From NCBI GenBank assembly GCA_000004985.1, contig GG738895.1: a DNA stretch of 64,000 nt; one strand, written 5' to 3'. The translations under genes and the position numbers were made by a program. This document shows, piece after piece, positions 1-11,375 of this stretch. Each line of letters starts with the position of its first letter. Within the stretch, counting starts at the first letter, position 1. The DNA comes from Naegleria gruberi (taxonomy: Eukaryota). A model generated the notes under the pieces. That model was not told the DNA's origin and searched no databases. It was given only the letters and a program-made list of their open reading frames with translations.

Positions 1-150
1 TTGATGATAGGAATGAAAAGCAACTATTGGCTCAATCTTCCAGTGCATAAATTATGAATACAGTAGATAAAGTAGCACTGTTAGGTAATTAAATCCAACG
101 ATATTGAATCAAATTCTATAAGACGATAATTATGAAAATTGCAAAATTCT

Positions 151-1704
151 TTAATTTTGTAATAATCCTTCCAAAATGGCAATGTAATGAACAATAGAAT
201 CCAAATACACATTTTCATCCAAATATTCGTTGTGGTCATGAAGCAAAACCTTGGTATTTGGCATGTAACTGTATCCGATCATGTTGACACCGGCAGCTCT
301 TGGGAACTAATAAAGAATTAATAAATATAATGCAAAATAACTTACTCTGGCATCAGTGGCAGCTGGGAAAATTCTCAATTCTGTCTTCATTCTTGAAGAG
401 ACAATATCTAAGAATTTCTTAACAGTTTCATCATTAAGATCAGCAACTGGATTGATCTTTGGTTGTTCAATAAACTTGATGGTACCATTAACAAAATCAG
501 CCCATGAACGAAGCATAATTTCAATTTCCTTCAAGTCAATATGTGGTGGAATTCTCATATCAAACAAGGCAGTAGCTGTTCTTGGAATAACATTAGGACT
601 AGAGAATTCTCCAGTTTCCTTGTTGGTATGTCCTGCTCTGAGACCTGTCAAATTGATAGTAATAACAGTACTACATTGTGTCTTTTCTCTTGGATTGTTG
701 GTTTGCAATCTCATTTGAACTTGTTGTTGTTCTCTGAATGGGAAAACCTTTTCATTGAGCAATTTGTAAATCTTTTCAGTGGCTGTTTGAGGAATGAATT
801 GAGAGCCGTGTCCAACATTACCTGTGGCAGTAATTTCAAACCAGTGAGCAACATTTTCACCATAATAAATTGGGATTATATCTTCATCCAATCCACTTGC
901 CAAACCTTCATCAATACCAAAACTAACATTCAATTCCTTCCACAATTCGTTTTGAATCAAACATTCCCATCCATCATCACCTCCAATTTCTTCATCAGCA
1001 ATAAAAACAACTTGAAGATTTCTCTCTGGTTTGAATCCAGATTCCACAAGAGCAACAAGAGCTTCCATGTAACCAGTTCCGATATTCTTCATATCTTGAG
1101 ATCCTCTCGAGTAAACTCTTCTGCCCTTTCCTGTATTTTCATCAACCATTGTTGCATCAAATGGTGGATACTTCCATTGATCCTTATCAACAGGAACTAC
1201 ATCAGTATGACTATTAATCATGATACTTCCCTTCGAAGCATCTCTTCCTTTCCATGTAAATATAAAACTTGGTTTAGCAGGATTGCAATGGAAAATATAA
1301 TACTTGAGAATGGAATTTTCTCCAGTCTTTAAATTAGCATTCACTTGCACTTCCTTGATCGGATCAGTACTATCATCAATATGGAAAACACTTCTTGTCC
1401 ATTTCAACAGAAAATCAATAGCAGTGGCATAATCAGGCTTTGGATGTTGAGTAGGTAATCTCAAATAGTCTTGGAATCGTTTCATGATATCATCACGAAG
1501 GCTTTGATCCGAGTAGATTTTACTCTTGTATTGATCGGCTAAAGTTGTTGTTGTTGTTGTTGGAATGTGGATATCTACAATGGGATCTGCATTAATTTGT
1601 TGTTGTTGTTGATCCGATCCAAATACAACATTGATGAACAATACACAACACAATACAATTATTAAAATTGATGGTGATGAATTGTAAAAATTAAATCTTT
1701 TCAT
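151..1704 (-). CDS. M20 family metallopeptidase (aminoacylase-1-like); 2 exons (346..1704, 151..306), 39-nt intron 307..345
   Basis: Has the HTDVVPV and GSQDMK M20 motifs. The N-terminal signal-like segment is MKRF..VVFG. The C-terminal exon (FPRAAGVNMIGYSYMPNTKVLLHDHNEYLDENVYLDSIVHYIAILEGLLQN) is recovered only after removing a GTAAGT..TTAG intron, and then matches the aminoacylase-1 C-terminus (VLLHDHDERL..). ATG verified at 1704. Confidence 0.8.
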
Positions 1705-2047
1705 TTTTTGTGGTTATATTATTTTTATTGATATAAATATTACAATCAATTGGGAAATGGAATATTCGATCATGTTTGAATAAAGAGGTATTGTATTTTA
1801 CATTAACATCGTAATAACCAAAAATTACTTAACCTGCTTGAAAGGATATGGATCTTTATTGGCAGGTCATTAGAATTCCAACAAAGTCTCAAATTGTAAA
1901 GCTTGTGGAAGAGATGATTTAAAGTAATTGAAATTTGTTTTGATGAAGACGGAATAACGAAATTTTTGCTTTAATGAACAAGAAATCAACAAGAAACGAA
2001 AAAGTTTGTCCTCTAGGTTGGGAATTCGGAAGTTTCGAATTAAAATA

Positions 2048-4021
2048 ATGGAATTACCAACCGAAAAAATGTCTCAACCAGATCTATCAACATTACCACC
2101 AAGACCTCACCATATCAAGATTCTAGGACCACCCTGTGATTGCAAACCAGTGAAACTAACCGTACTAAAACAAGTGGAAGAAAGTACAACAAATTTTGGA
2201 GCTTTCTACTACAAGTGCGCAACATGTCGATACTTTAAATGGGCAACAGATTCTGGTAATTCCATTGATTATGGTGACTTGTGGGCTCCATGTTGTCTTC
2301 TTCATCCCAACCGAAAGTGTAAATTATTGCAAATTGCAAGAAACAGCATTAATAGAGGAAAATTATTTTGGATTTGTGGAGTTTTGGATACTCCTTGTAC
2401 CCATTTTCAATTATTCGAAGGAAATATTGATGATTACAAAGAGTTTGTACCGAATTTTGATGAATCGTTATTGGAAAGTCAAGAACTAGAGAGTTCTCAA
2501 TCAAGTCAAATTGTAATGTCTCAGGCAAATTCAAGAAACATGATCGTTAGTCAATTACCAGAGGAAATCATGGCAGAAATTTTGAAATACTTGGACATGA
2601 TTCCTAATTGGGTGAAAATTATTGGAGTCTGTAAAGAATGGAAGAGAATGATTGATAATGTGATCGACCAGAAAGTGAATGATGGCTTAATTGAGCTTAA
2701 TCTTGGTTTTTTACATTCAAAAAGTCCATTTTGGTATTTTTGTGAAATTTTCAAAAGATTTTACAAAGTAAGAAAGATTACAATTTGTAACTTTGAATTG
2801 TATAGCGAATTAATGAGATTATTGGAATGGGTTGGTGTCGAAACTCTGGTATTATATAATTGCACAACCAAAATGTCCTGTAATCAGAAAGATCAAGTTG
2901 ATGACTCAGATAAGGTCTTAAATGAATGTTTTTCATTTAGGTCTAAATGCACTGAAATGTCATTCTTTCACATTCATGGAGAAACTCTATTATACAATTT
3001 CAATCATAATCATGTGGTACCTCATTTGAATGCTATTAATTCGGACATTTACTTTGAGTTTGTTAAAGAAATGGAAAGAAAAGTTGACATTACCCATAGA
3101 AGGCAGTTTCAAGAGTTGTCTCAGATTATTGCAATTAATTGCCCAGAGGATCTGAATTTTGTTTGGCTTAATGGTCCAGATGCTAGATCCTACCACAAAC
3201 ATGAGCAAGTAGACGCAAACTATGGAGATTTACTCGATTTACCTTTCGAACAAGAAGAATTGGAAAATATTGGAAAGTGTCATGTTAATGTGTATTCTCT
3301 GCCTACAGATATTGACGTTGGTTTTCTAAACCTATCTCTATTGGGACATCATAGAACACCAAAGATTTATGTGAAAAATGGAAAAAAGTACAGCTTTCCT
3401 ACCGTTGTTGATAATCAAGTAATTTCACATCCAGAAATTCAAAAGCAATTCATTCTAAACTGTGGAATTTCCAAGTATTTCAATGTTAACATGCTTGAGA
3501 TTGTCAACAAGGAACATTTCGATATTGCAGTAGAGAGTGGAATTGTACATTTTGAAAATGTTCACAAGCATGCATCCTTCAAAATATGTTTGGAAATATT
3601 GGCAAAGAATTTACTTGAAGATATACTTAAGGTTAATGGGAATGAAAGACTATTTTCCTTATGGAAAGGAACGTGTGTTTATAGACTTGTGTACTGGATA
3701 TACACTTTGCATTCGAAAGGTTTAGTCAAACCAATTCCTTCTTCAATTATTCAAATAGCCAAATCTATTGATTCAGAATGGAAGCAACGAAAACTTCTCT
3801 ACTCTCCTGTTTCAAAATTTTACGTAGATTATTCGAGAAATATTGGTGCTATTAGAGTTCCATTCTCATGGGAAGCTTTTGTTAATTATGGCGAATTGAG
3901 ATATCTTTTTGATGAATCATCTGAAAATTCAAATACAGAAATGGTGGAAAAGAATGCAAATAGAAGAACTTCCAATCAATTCGATTCTCTTAACCAACCA
4001 AAGAAGAGGAAACTAGAATAA
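2048..4021 (+). CDS. Protein with two GRF-type zinc fingers followed by an F-box-like motif
   Basis: Two C..C..N.G..F(Y/W).C....C.FF.W modules (CDCKP..NFGAFYYKCATCRYFKW; CCLLHP..NRGKLFWICGVLDTPCTHFQLF). F-box-like LPEEIMAEILKYLDMIPNWVKIIGVCKEWKRMI. The ORF-track start at 2006 is TTG; the first ATG is at 2048. Confidence 0.6.
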   Translation: MELPTEKMSQPDLSTLPPRPHHIKILGPPCDCKPVKLTVLKQVEESTTNFGAFYYKCATCRYFKWATDSGNSIDYGDLWAPCCLLHPNRKCKLLQIARNSINRGKLFWICGVLDTPCTHFQLFEGNIDDYKEFVPNFDESLLESQELESSQSSQIVMSQANSRNMIVSQLPEEIMAEILKYLDMIPNWVKIIGVCKEWKRMIDNVIDQKVNDGLIELNLGFLHSKSPFWYFCEIFKRFYKVRKITICNFELYSELMRLLEWVGVETLVLYNCTTKMSCNQKDQVDDSDKVLNECFSFRSKCTEMSFFHIHGETLLYNFNHNHVVPHLNAINSDIYFEFVKEMERKVDITHRRQFQELSQIIAINCPEDLNFVWLNGPDARSYHKHEQVDANYGDLLDLPFEQEELENIGKCHVNVYSLPTDIDVGFLNLSLLGHHRTPKIYVKNGKKYSFPTVVDNQVISHPEIQKQFILNCGISKYFNVNMLEIVNKEHFDIAVESGIVHFENVHKHASFKICLEILAKNLLEDILKVNGNERLFSLWKGTCVYRLVYWIYTLHSKGLVKPIPSSIIQIAKSIDSEWKQRKLLYSPVSKFYVDYSRNIGAIRVPFSWEAFVNYGELRYLFDESSENSNTEMVEKNANRRTSNQFDSLNQPKKRKLE

Positions 4022-4223
4022 ACCGTAGACAAGTATTGTAAAATTGATAAAATCTATTCGTTAATCCAATACTGACAAGTAAATCCAAACTTGGACAAAT
4101 TGTTTGTATCATCATTACCATCCATCAAATGTCTTTACAGCTTCCAATTTGCCTTCCTTTTTCTACAGTTTTTTCCACACATTCAGTCAACCAGATCAGA
4201 ACCGTTCATCTCACTCAAAAAAA

Positions 4224-4799
4224 ATGAAACCATTCTTCGCCCTTCTCATTCTCCTCCTCATCCAACAACTTGTTTCCTGCCAATCCATCACCAAACAAAC
4301 CTATTACACTGAAGTCAATTGTGTTGGTGATATTTACACGACCATGTTCCTCGATAGTGGTTCAGCTTGCACATCGAAAGGATCAACTACTTGTAATGTG
4401 ATTACAATTTCTGGTCGTCAAGTTTACTTTACACAGGAATGTACCTCTGAAGTTCCACCTACACCAACCACTTTCACTGATGTCATTGCTTACACATACA
4501 AGAATGGTTCTTCTTGTAATGGGCAACTGAGATCTGCACAGGTCATTCCAATGGGAAAATGCATTATCGAATATGGTACCACTTATTATGCTTATTATGA
4601 TGCAACTGGATTCAAGACTTATTATTATGATAATGCTTGCAAAAGCAAAATGTTCACCACATCATTGTTTTTGAATACTTGTTTGAATGGTAATGTAAAG
4701 TACTCTTCTTTGGGAGGAAGAAATGCAGCCTCTTTGGAAACAAGTGCATCTTTGGGTGTGATTGTGCTAAGTGTATTGTTTAGTTTGGTTTCTTTCTAG
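4224..4799 (+). CDS. Secreted Cys-rich protein with C-terminal hydrophobic tail (GPI-anchor-like)
   Basis: The first ATG (4224) begins a signal peptide, MKPFFALLILLLIQQLVSC. The mature region is Cys-, Thr- and Tyr-rich. The C-terminus (SASLGVIVLSVLFSLVSF) fits a GPI-attachment signal. The ORF-track start 4104 is TTG. Confidence 0.5.
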   Translation: MKPFFALLILLLIQQLVSCQSITKQTYYTEVNCVGDIYTTMFLDSGSACTSKGSTTCNVITISGRQVYFTQECTSEVPPTPTTFTDVIAYTYKNGSSCNGQLRSAQVIPMGKCIIEYGTTYYAYYDATGFKTYYYDNACKSKMFTTSLFLNTCLNGNVKYSSLGGRNAASLETSASLGVIVLSVLFSLVSF

Positions 4800-4866
4800 T
4801 TAGTTTAATAAAACTAAATATTTCCAAATATGAGCTCTTTGAAATTCATAAAAACAACAAAAAAAA

Positions 4867-5444
4867 ATGTCTCAACAATCACAACAAGATTCATCATGGT
4901 TGGACTCTATGTTTATGGATCCTTTTTTAGGTGAGTATCAAAGGCTACCATTATTTACTGATTATCATCATCATTCCATAATTTTCGGAATTTGTTTAAA
5001 TTTCTATGATCACAACTTGTATTCGGAATTCATGATTTGAAAAACAAAATATGATTGATATTATTTGTAGGCTGTGCATATGAACCTGAAACTTCAATTG
5101 AAAACAAACCACCTCCAAGAAAATTACCACCTCTCAATGAACCAAATCAAAAGCCTCATCTTTCCATCTCTCACACCAATGAAGTGGTGAATATTTACTT
5201 TGATTTTAATGATACTGAGTGGACTAAACATGATGTTCATATTGATATTGATGATTTACATCACATCTTGTCCATTTCAAATATTAACAAGGCTAAACCA
5301 AGCTTTCAACGAAAACTTCATCTTCCTAAATATTTGAATACTAAAGAATCAAAGGCTAAATTTGCTGATGGATTTGTTGTCATTACATTCAAGAAGACTA
5401 TCAACTTGGAGCAGGCAACACCTAGAAAGGTTCCTTTGGAATAA
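4867..5444 (+). CDS. Small heat-shock protein (HSP20/alpha-crystallin family); 2 exons (4867..4930, 5071..5444)
   Basis: Exon 1 is MSQQSQQDSSWLDSMFMDPFL with a GTGAGT donor. A 140-nt intron ends at the TTTGTAG acceptor, and exon 2 is in frame. The alpha-crystallin domain pattern is present (EVVNIYFDFNDTEWTKHDVHIDIDDLHHILSIS; FQRKLHLPKYLNTKESKAKFADGFVVITFKK resembles F.R.F.LP..V....VKA...NGVLTVTVPK). The N-terminal DPF motif is typical of sHSPs. Confidence 0.65.
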
Positions 5445-5566
5445 TTGTAAATCTTTCTTTTTGTAAATATTAAATTATAATTTATACAATAATTGTAACA
5501 CAACATATTAGACTGACAAGAGTAATTGAGAGTAGCTCATTAACATGATAAAACAAGCAAAAAAAA

Positions 5567-6871
5567 ATGTCTCTAAAAGAACTTTATCCTGACCTTCTGA
5601 TAGATCAAGTTCTTCCCTTTCTCCCTGCGAGGTTCATACTAGATTATAAAATGGCTCCGATCTGGTTTAAAATTCTACCAGATGATTATCAACGCATCCT
5701 AACACAACGATCAAATGATTGGCTATTTACTAAAAGGTATGAAAAGCAGAAATCAAGTGTAGTGGATATTCTGTTGAAAATCATTATCAAATACAAGTCT
5801 GAATGCTATGGAAAATTTGAAAATATTGTCCCAACTGAATTTGGTTATCTTGTTGATAAATTGGAGGAAGGGAAGAGTAAGAATTACAAATCGATCAGGG
5901 AAGAACTAACATTCAGAGATGTGCAATTTATATTCGAGTTTGTGAGTCGATATAATTTCATATATTTGGGGTCCAAGTTTAATAGTATTATGAATAAGAG
6001 TACAGAACCTTTCGAGTTTAGCTGGGTTTATGCTCTTGATCCCTATTACCAAACTAATCAACAATTATTATTGAGAAGATTCAGAAAAAGTTACGATCCT
6101 TTAAGATATATCCACACAGATCTGAACTCGATTGAAGGATGTAAACGAATTCGAGGTCAATTCTATTTCAAGAATGGACACTATTGTTGCGAGCTTTACC
6201 ATGAATTATTCGTTAACATTGAAAAATTGGACAAGATTGAAGTTGACGCCACTTGGTCACTAATAATTTTGCATTCCTTGTCGTTTGATGACCTACATCC
6301 TGTCACTGACGAATACTTTTTGCAGAGATTCTTTTTACCTGTCATTGAATCTCGTCTGGTTTTCCAAAGTGAACGAGATCCCACGCCAACTTGTACCTTC
6401 GGTTCTGATAATGCTATATATTCACGTTTCAATGTTTCACTAATTCCCTCTCAAAACAAAATGGAAGTAGATGCCAAGATCAATAGACAGACTCTATCAA
6501 CCTTATTTTACATTGCTGTATGGTCTTTATTAATCTATTTTAAGCTGCTTTGGCCATTCAGTGATTATTTTGTTTTTCAACCTTACTTTGGAGAAAACCC
6601 ATTCCATTGGAAATCAATACTATTTATTATTTCAGATTTTTTTATACCAATCTATCCGGATTTTTTTATTCTAATCTATCTTATGAGAAGTATTCTTGTT
6701 TATTATTGGGGATTTTGGACAATTCATCATATTACCATATTGGAAACTCTGGTATTCATGTTCTTGTTCTCTGAACTCTGCAATTACATTACAATGTACT
6801 ATTTGCAACACGGAGCTGAGACACATCATGTTAGAACAATACCATGGATAAGGAAGAAAAAGAAGAATTAA
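5567..6871 (+). CDS. Hypothetical protein with F-box-like N-terminus and C-terminal multi-TM region
   Basis: ATG at 5567. The N-terminus LYPDLLIDQVLPFLPARFILDYKMAPIWFKIL is F-box-like. The C-terminal 130 aa are strongly hydrophobic (several predicted TM helices). Confidence 0.5.
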   Translation: MSLKELYPDLLIDQVLPFLPARFILDYKMAPIWFKILPDDYQRILTQRSNDWLFTKRYEKQKSSVVDILLKIIIKYKSECYGKFENIVPTEFGYLVDKLEEGKSKNYKSIREELTFRDVQFIFEFVSRYNFIYLGSKFNSIMNKSTEPFEFSWVYALDPYYQTNQQLLLRRFRKSYDPLRYIHTDLNSIEGCKRIRGQFYFKNGHYCCELYHELFVNIEKLDKIEVDATWSLIILHSLSFDDLHPVTDEYFLQRFFLPVIESRLVFQSERDPTPTCTFGSDNAIYSRFNVSLIPSQNKMEVDAKINRQTLSTLFYIAVWSLLIYFKLLWPFSDYFVFQPYFGENPFHWKSILFIISDFFIPIYPDFFILIYLMRSILVYYWGFWTIHHITILETLVFMFLFSELCNYITMYYLQHGAETHHVRTIPWIRKKKKN

Positions 6872-7021
6872 ACTCAAAGAAGATTCCACTCCCCTCACAT
6901 CAAAGATTGAACCCTTAATCCAGCTTCCTAAACACTTGATACAAAGATGGATGCCCAAATTCTTGCTCTATTATTAGGACAAATAAAAAAGGCGCGAAAC
7001 TTAATTTAACAGCAAAAAAAA

Positions 7022-8320
7022 ATGCCTCCCCATTCTTCCCTCTTTCAAACAATCCAGTCACATTCCGATGAAACTCTTCGGAACAGAAGTACCACCAGAA
7101 AAACAACAACATCTCGGGAAAGGGAAAGTAGGAAGTGTCCACTTTGTATGAGATCACGTCTAGGGAGTTCATCTGAAGGTTGTGTTCATGCAAAGGCTTT
7201 GATTCAGAAAACTAATCTAAAGGCTCCATTCATAGGTTTACATAATAGTAGGCTATTAGATAGATGCCCTACCTCTAGTGTTAAATTTCCAGAGTTTAAG
7301 GCTTTAATTGAAAAGACAATCGAAGAGTTTACAGACTTGGTTCCAGCCAATGATTTTACAATCGATAAGAAGCCTTATAGAGAAATGCTTAATAGGCACT
7401 TTTATCAAAAGATTAATGATTTGGCTATTATCAGAGGAATATTTCCAAGAGATTCAAATGATAAGCAATCATGGAGTGATGATGCAATTGAATATGATGA
7501 CGAAAATGATGAAATTACTATTGTAAATAAGAACAATACCAGAATTGACCAACCATCAATCCCTCCTGCTAGACCTTTAAATCAACAATCACCATCCAAC
7601 ACACAAGCAATCATTCCAACCAAACAACCAAAGATCAAACCTGCCAGCAAACCGAAAACACCTAAGCAAACCACTGTAACACCACCCCTTACAACACCTG
7701 TTTCATTCACCAATACGCAACCAAAATCCCAACCATCCATAACAACCCCAAGCAATTGTACAAAGCAATTAATCCTAGATGTAGATAGTCCAATCATAAC
7801 AACACCAAAGATAACATATCCAACAATCAAGCCAGAGAAAGTCCTAACAACAACTCAATCCACTCCAAATCTAAAGAAATCTGATGATTCATTCCTCAAA
7901 CCATCCCCCATTAGTCCCGTTTCTGTAAGAAAGACTCCCACCATAACAACACCTGCCAGAAGGTCTTCTATCCCTTCCACTAAACAACCAACGTATCTTC
8001 CAAGTACTCCTCAAAAGATTCAAAAGCAAAAGATAATGCTCAAGAACAATAGAACTAAAAAGAGAGAATTAATGATGCTCTCCCAATCTGATTTTAATTC
8101 TCTACAATCTCTGGGTGAAGCACTTGTCCAAAACTGGGAAGAAAAACCACCAATCAACCAAATCAAATTTAAATACCCAGAGAATGGTAAGAAAATTCAT
8201 GTCAATACTACCGGGCTTGAAGTTATAAAGGACATGTTTGGAAAGTATGACTTGTTAGAATTTTCAATTGGTAAGAAACAAAGATACCTCACAACTCCCA
8301 ATAAAGTTCACAATATGTAA
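7022..8320 (+). CDS. Hypothetical Pro/Thr/Ser-rich protein with an N-terminal Cys/His cluster
   Basis: Long ATG-initiated ORF. Contains CPLCMRSRLGSSSEGCVH, then an extended P/T/S/K-rich low-complexity stretch and a conserved-looking C-terminus. I do not recognise a family. Confidence 0.45.
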   Translation: MPPHSSLFQTIQSHSDETLRNRSTTRKTTTSRERESRKCPLCMRSRLGSSSEGCVHAKALIQKTNLKAPFIGLHNSRLLDRCPTSSVKFPEFKALIEKTIEEFTDLVPANDFTIDKKPYREMLNRHFYQKINDLAIIRGIFPRDSNDKQSWSDDAIEYDDENDEITIVNKNNTRIDQPSIPPARPLNQQSPSNTQAIIPTKQPKIKPASKPKTPKQTTVTPPLTTPVSFTNTQPKSQPSITTPSNCTKQLILDVDSPIITTPKITYPTIKPEKVLTTTQSTPNLKKSDDSFLKPSPISPVSVRKTPTITTPARRSSIPSTKQPTYLPSTPQKIQKQKIMLKNNRTKKRELMMLSQSDFNSLQSLGEALVQNWEEKPPINQIKFKYPENGKKIHVNTTGLEVIKDMFGKYDLLEFSIGKKQRYLTTPNKVHNM

Positions 8321-9030
8321 AACTGTCAACAACACTCTTGAAAATCGAGCTCAGACGAGACCAAGCAAACAAAAGAATTGGGCAAGCAAACAGAAGAAAC
8401 GTAATCATACACCCACCTCCCTTTTATGTGCACATAAAAGTAAGTCTGTATTACCAAATAAGAACAATAAATGCATGCTTAGTATACATAGGGACATCCA
8501 TTTGTGCAGCCTTATTCCCTGTATAGTCTTTGAGTATATTATATTCGTATCTAGTTTGTTGTTGACAGTAAACAAAATTTGCATCGTCTTTCGCTTGCAA
8601 AGAAAACTCGGTAAAACATACAACAAAAAAACAAACATTCCACTACAACATGTCGTGCTCTCACTAATTACTACTCCTCTACTAATAATATCGGTACCAA
8701 CACATCCATAGCGAAACATTGTGTTTTTCTGATTCAACAATAGCACACACAATAAATATTGCGCAGCAGCATCATTGGCCATTAATCTCCTTACTACTTT
8801 TTACTACTTTTTTGAAGCGAACTTTTTTAAAGCAGTATTATTAATAGGTTTTTTCTAGGAACAATGCCTGGGAAATTTCAGCAATGCCCAACAACAATAA
8901 GAAATGGAATATTGTAGGTGAGGTGAAATGGGATAATCTACCAACAAACAAGTAAAAAAAGAGAAAGCTCAACAGCAAGAAGAAAACTAAAGCCAACAAG
9001 AAATCAAAATCAAAAGTTTAGCAAACAAGA

Positions 9031-9702
9031 ATGCATGTCGTTGGTGACCATCAACAAACAGCACAAACACATGCCATGGAAGGAAACAACATGTTAGTAA
9101 TGCAACAACATGCACCAATGTTGCAACATGCAAGTGACATGTCTTTGATGCATCATCCTGACATGCATGAATGTGATTCGAACAGTAATGCATCACATGC
9201 AACTAGTATTTCTTCTCAACATGGACTCAATAGAAAACAGCAGCATGGAAAAACACCAATGAAATTTGTAGATGAAACAGTGAATGTAAGGAAGAAAATC
9301 AAAAAGAAACAAGACGAAAGCTGTTTTAAACGATCAAAATTGAGAAAATCACTCAGTAACGAAACATTCTTGGAAAATTACTTTGAATATGATAATATCA
9401 ATGGAACTAATCAATTGAAAAAATTCAAATTAATTGAATGTTCCCAGAGCAAAATTGTTACATCTGAAATAATCCCAAATTCTAATGTACATTCAATGCA
9501 TGTCAAGACATCTGAAAGCAAAACACTTGATGATGGTTCTACTTCTCACCATGTTGGATGTTCTCAAGCTCATGCACCTGTTAGCAACTCAAATGTATTG
9601 GAAAGTGAGCAAAATAACGAGTCAAATGATAACACTAATCTTCTCTTAGCACTGCTTTATGTACTGACCGCAGATTCTCAAACTCAAAATGTCTCAATTT
9701 GA
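9031..9702 (+). CDS. Hypothetical Met/His-rich protein
   Basis: ATG ORF. The N-terminal 60 aa are rich in Met and His (HQQTAQTHAMEGNNMLVMQQHAPMLQHASDMSLMHHPDMHE), reminiscent of Met-motif metal-binding tails. No family recognised. Confidence 0.35.
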   Translation: MHVVGDHQQTAQTHAMEGNNMLVMQQHAPMLQHASDMSLMHHPDMHECDSNSNASHATSISSQHGLNRKQQHGKTPMKFVDETVNVRKKIKKKQDESCFKRSKLRKSLSNETFLENYFEYDNINGTNQLKKFKLIECSQSKIVTSEIIPNSNVHSMHVKTSESKTLDDGSTSHHVGCSQAHAPVSNSNVLESEQNNESNDNTNLLLALLYVLTADSQTQNVSI

Positions 9703-10080
9703 GTTTTACAATTATTCGAAAGAAGCGAATTAATTTTTTTGGACAAAATCATATTTAGAATTTTTGTCAACTGTTACTCAATAGTTCTAACTTGTTGTAA
9801 AATTACAATAGTAGCCATTAACTGTTCAATTTTTTCATAACATGATAACAGCCTTTTTCAGTAAAGGAATCGATTCTATCAATATTTTTACATTATGCTT
9901 CATTGGTTGGAATTTATCTGACTCGCTCTTTGCTACTAGATATTTCATTGTTTTTGGACCAATATGTATCAAAGTCTATCTAATGAATAATTGAAAGTCT
10001 CGGTAATCCATTTGGTAGTTTTGCATGAATGGAACAACTATTGTTAACACAAATATATTCCACGGAAAAAAAGATAAAAA

Positions 10081-10198
10081 GACTACAGCACCACAGGTTC
10101 CCAAGTTGTCTCCAACCTCAGTACTGATGTGGCTCGACGATGCTTAACTTCTCAAATCGGACGGGATGAGGTGCATTCATCGTGATATGGCCGTAGCC
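10081..10198 (-). rRNA. 5S ribosomal RNA gene (solitary)
   Basis: The minus strand reads GGCTACGGCCATATCACGATGAATGCACCTCATCCCGTCCGATTTGAGAAGTTAAGCATCGTCGAGCCACATCAGTACTGAGGTTGGAGACAACTTGGGAACCTGTGGTGCTGTAGTC. It aligns along its length with canonical eukaryotic 5S (GCCTACGGCCATACCACC..CCCGATCTCG..GAAGCTAAGCAGG..GTACT..GGGAGACC..GGGAA..GGTGCTGTAGGC). A T-rich Pol III terminator (TTTTTATCTTTTTTT) follows immediately. Confidence 0.85.
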
Positions 10199-10824
10199 AT
10201 CAATAATATAAATTCTTAGTATTTAATCAGCTTCACAAATTGTGATGATGATATAGAGTAACAGTGGATTACTAAGTATCAACTAGAACAAGACCTCTAA
10301 GATATAGAACTCATAAACTACTATCAAAAAAGAATAAAAGAAGATTGGAAATTTGAAATCACATTATACAAAAATCCACACCTAAGGATGATTGTCCTCG
10401 TAACGTTTCAATTATTATTTTGGACGGGAAGCCTGCCAGGAATATGGCGACAATCCCGCTACAGTCTTTGACTGTATGAACAGTGAAGGCAACGAAGACA
10501 GAATCTTGTTGGTTCAGTAAGGTTTGTTAAAGAAATTGACAGAGTTGGATCACCTTCTATTTATTGCACATTATCGAAGCTAAATTGATGGATGCAAATT
10601 TTGGTACCATATTTTCTTTATCAATTCAAAATTGAAACTTCATCTATATATTTACTTACTGATAAATCTCTTTTAAATTGAATTTTTCAAAGATTCTGAG
10701 TAATGGCAGGTTATGAATCTACTAATATCCAAACTCCTTCGAGTTCTAGCGTTTACTGGAACAGTAACATATCGAAGAAAATTCTTCCTCACAAAATAGA
10801 TTCCAAATTAAATCATAAAAAATA

Positions 10825-11256
10825 ATGAGACAAAAACTGAACCTCATCACACTTGGTGTGGAAAATCTGCAAAAATCAATCAAGTTTTATTGTGATGGTT
10901 TAGGATGGAAACCATCAGAGAAGAGCAATGATAATTTAATTCTATTTCCTTTAGGTGTTGGAATGACTTTGGCTCTATATGACAGGAAACGCTTGGCTGA
11001 GGATACAACACTTCAAGATTGTGGACATGTTGGACATTTTCATGGGTTGACACTTGCTTTTAATGCTAAATCTGAAGAAGAGGTTGATCAAGTATTGAAA
11101 CAAGTTGAAAATAGTGGTGGCAAGATTGTGAAAACTGCTCAGAAGGTGTTTTGGGGAGGTTACTCTGGTTATTTTACTGATTTAGATGGTCATGTGTTTG
11201 AAGTTGCCTTCAATCCTTTCTGGAATATGGATGAGAATGATAATCTCGTTCTTTAA
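10825..11256 (+). CDS. VOC (glyoxalase/bleomycin-resistance/dioxygenase) family protein
   Basis: 143 aa, ATG verified. Has the two-lobed VOC pattern (ITLGVENLQKSIKFYCDGLGWK...; HVGHFHG...DLDGHVFEV) and a bacterial-like compact architecture. Confidence 0.7.
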   Translation: MRQKLNLITLGVENLQKSIKFYCDGLGWKPSEKSNDNLILFPLGVGMTLALYDRKRLAEDTTLQDCGHVGHFHGLTLAFNAKSEEEVDQVLKQVENSGGKIVKTAQKVFWGGYSGYFTDLDGHVFEVAFNPFWNMDENDNLVL

Positions 11257-11302
11257 AATGATAAGTAAACAAATACGGTGTGTATATCATATATCAAAAA
11301 AT

Positions 11303-11338
11303 TGGAGTCATAGGGAATCGAACCCTAGACCTTCTGCA

Positions 11339-11369
<31 letters not shown>

Positions 11370-11375
11370 AACCCC
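11303..11375 (-). tRNA. tRNA-Ala (anticodon UGC)
   Basis: Cloverleaf hand-folded. Acceptor GGGGTTA/TGACTCC includes the G3:U70 Ala identity pair. D arm GCTC/GAGC, anticodon loop TTTGCAT, T arm TAGGG-TTCGATT-CCCTA. No encoded CCA. A TTTTTT terminator lies downstream on the minus strand. Confidence 0.9.

Noticed and set aside
8268-8782. ORFs of 147 aa (+) and 125 aa (-) in the 8.3-9.0 kb interval
   Set aside because: They overlap each other, have non-ATG starts, low-complexity composition and no motifs. The region is more plausibly the 3' UTR and promoter between the 7022 and 9031 genes.
10199-10560. Possible additional small RNAs (C/D-box-like GTGATGATGA at about 10243; structured-looking segment about 10420-10520) near the 5S gene
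   Set aside because: I could not identify matching D boxes or guide complementarity. I see no convincing similarity to U1, U2, U4, U5 or U6, and nothing beyond what AT-rich sequence would show by chance. A covariance-model scan of 9703-10824 would settle this.
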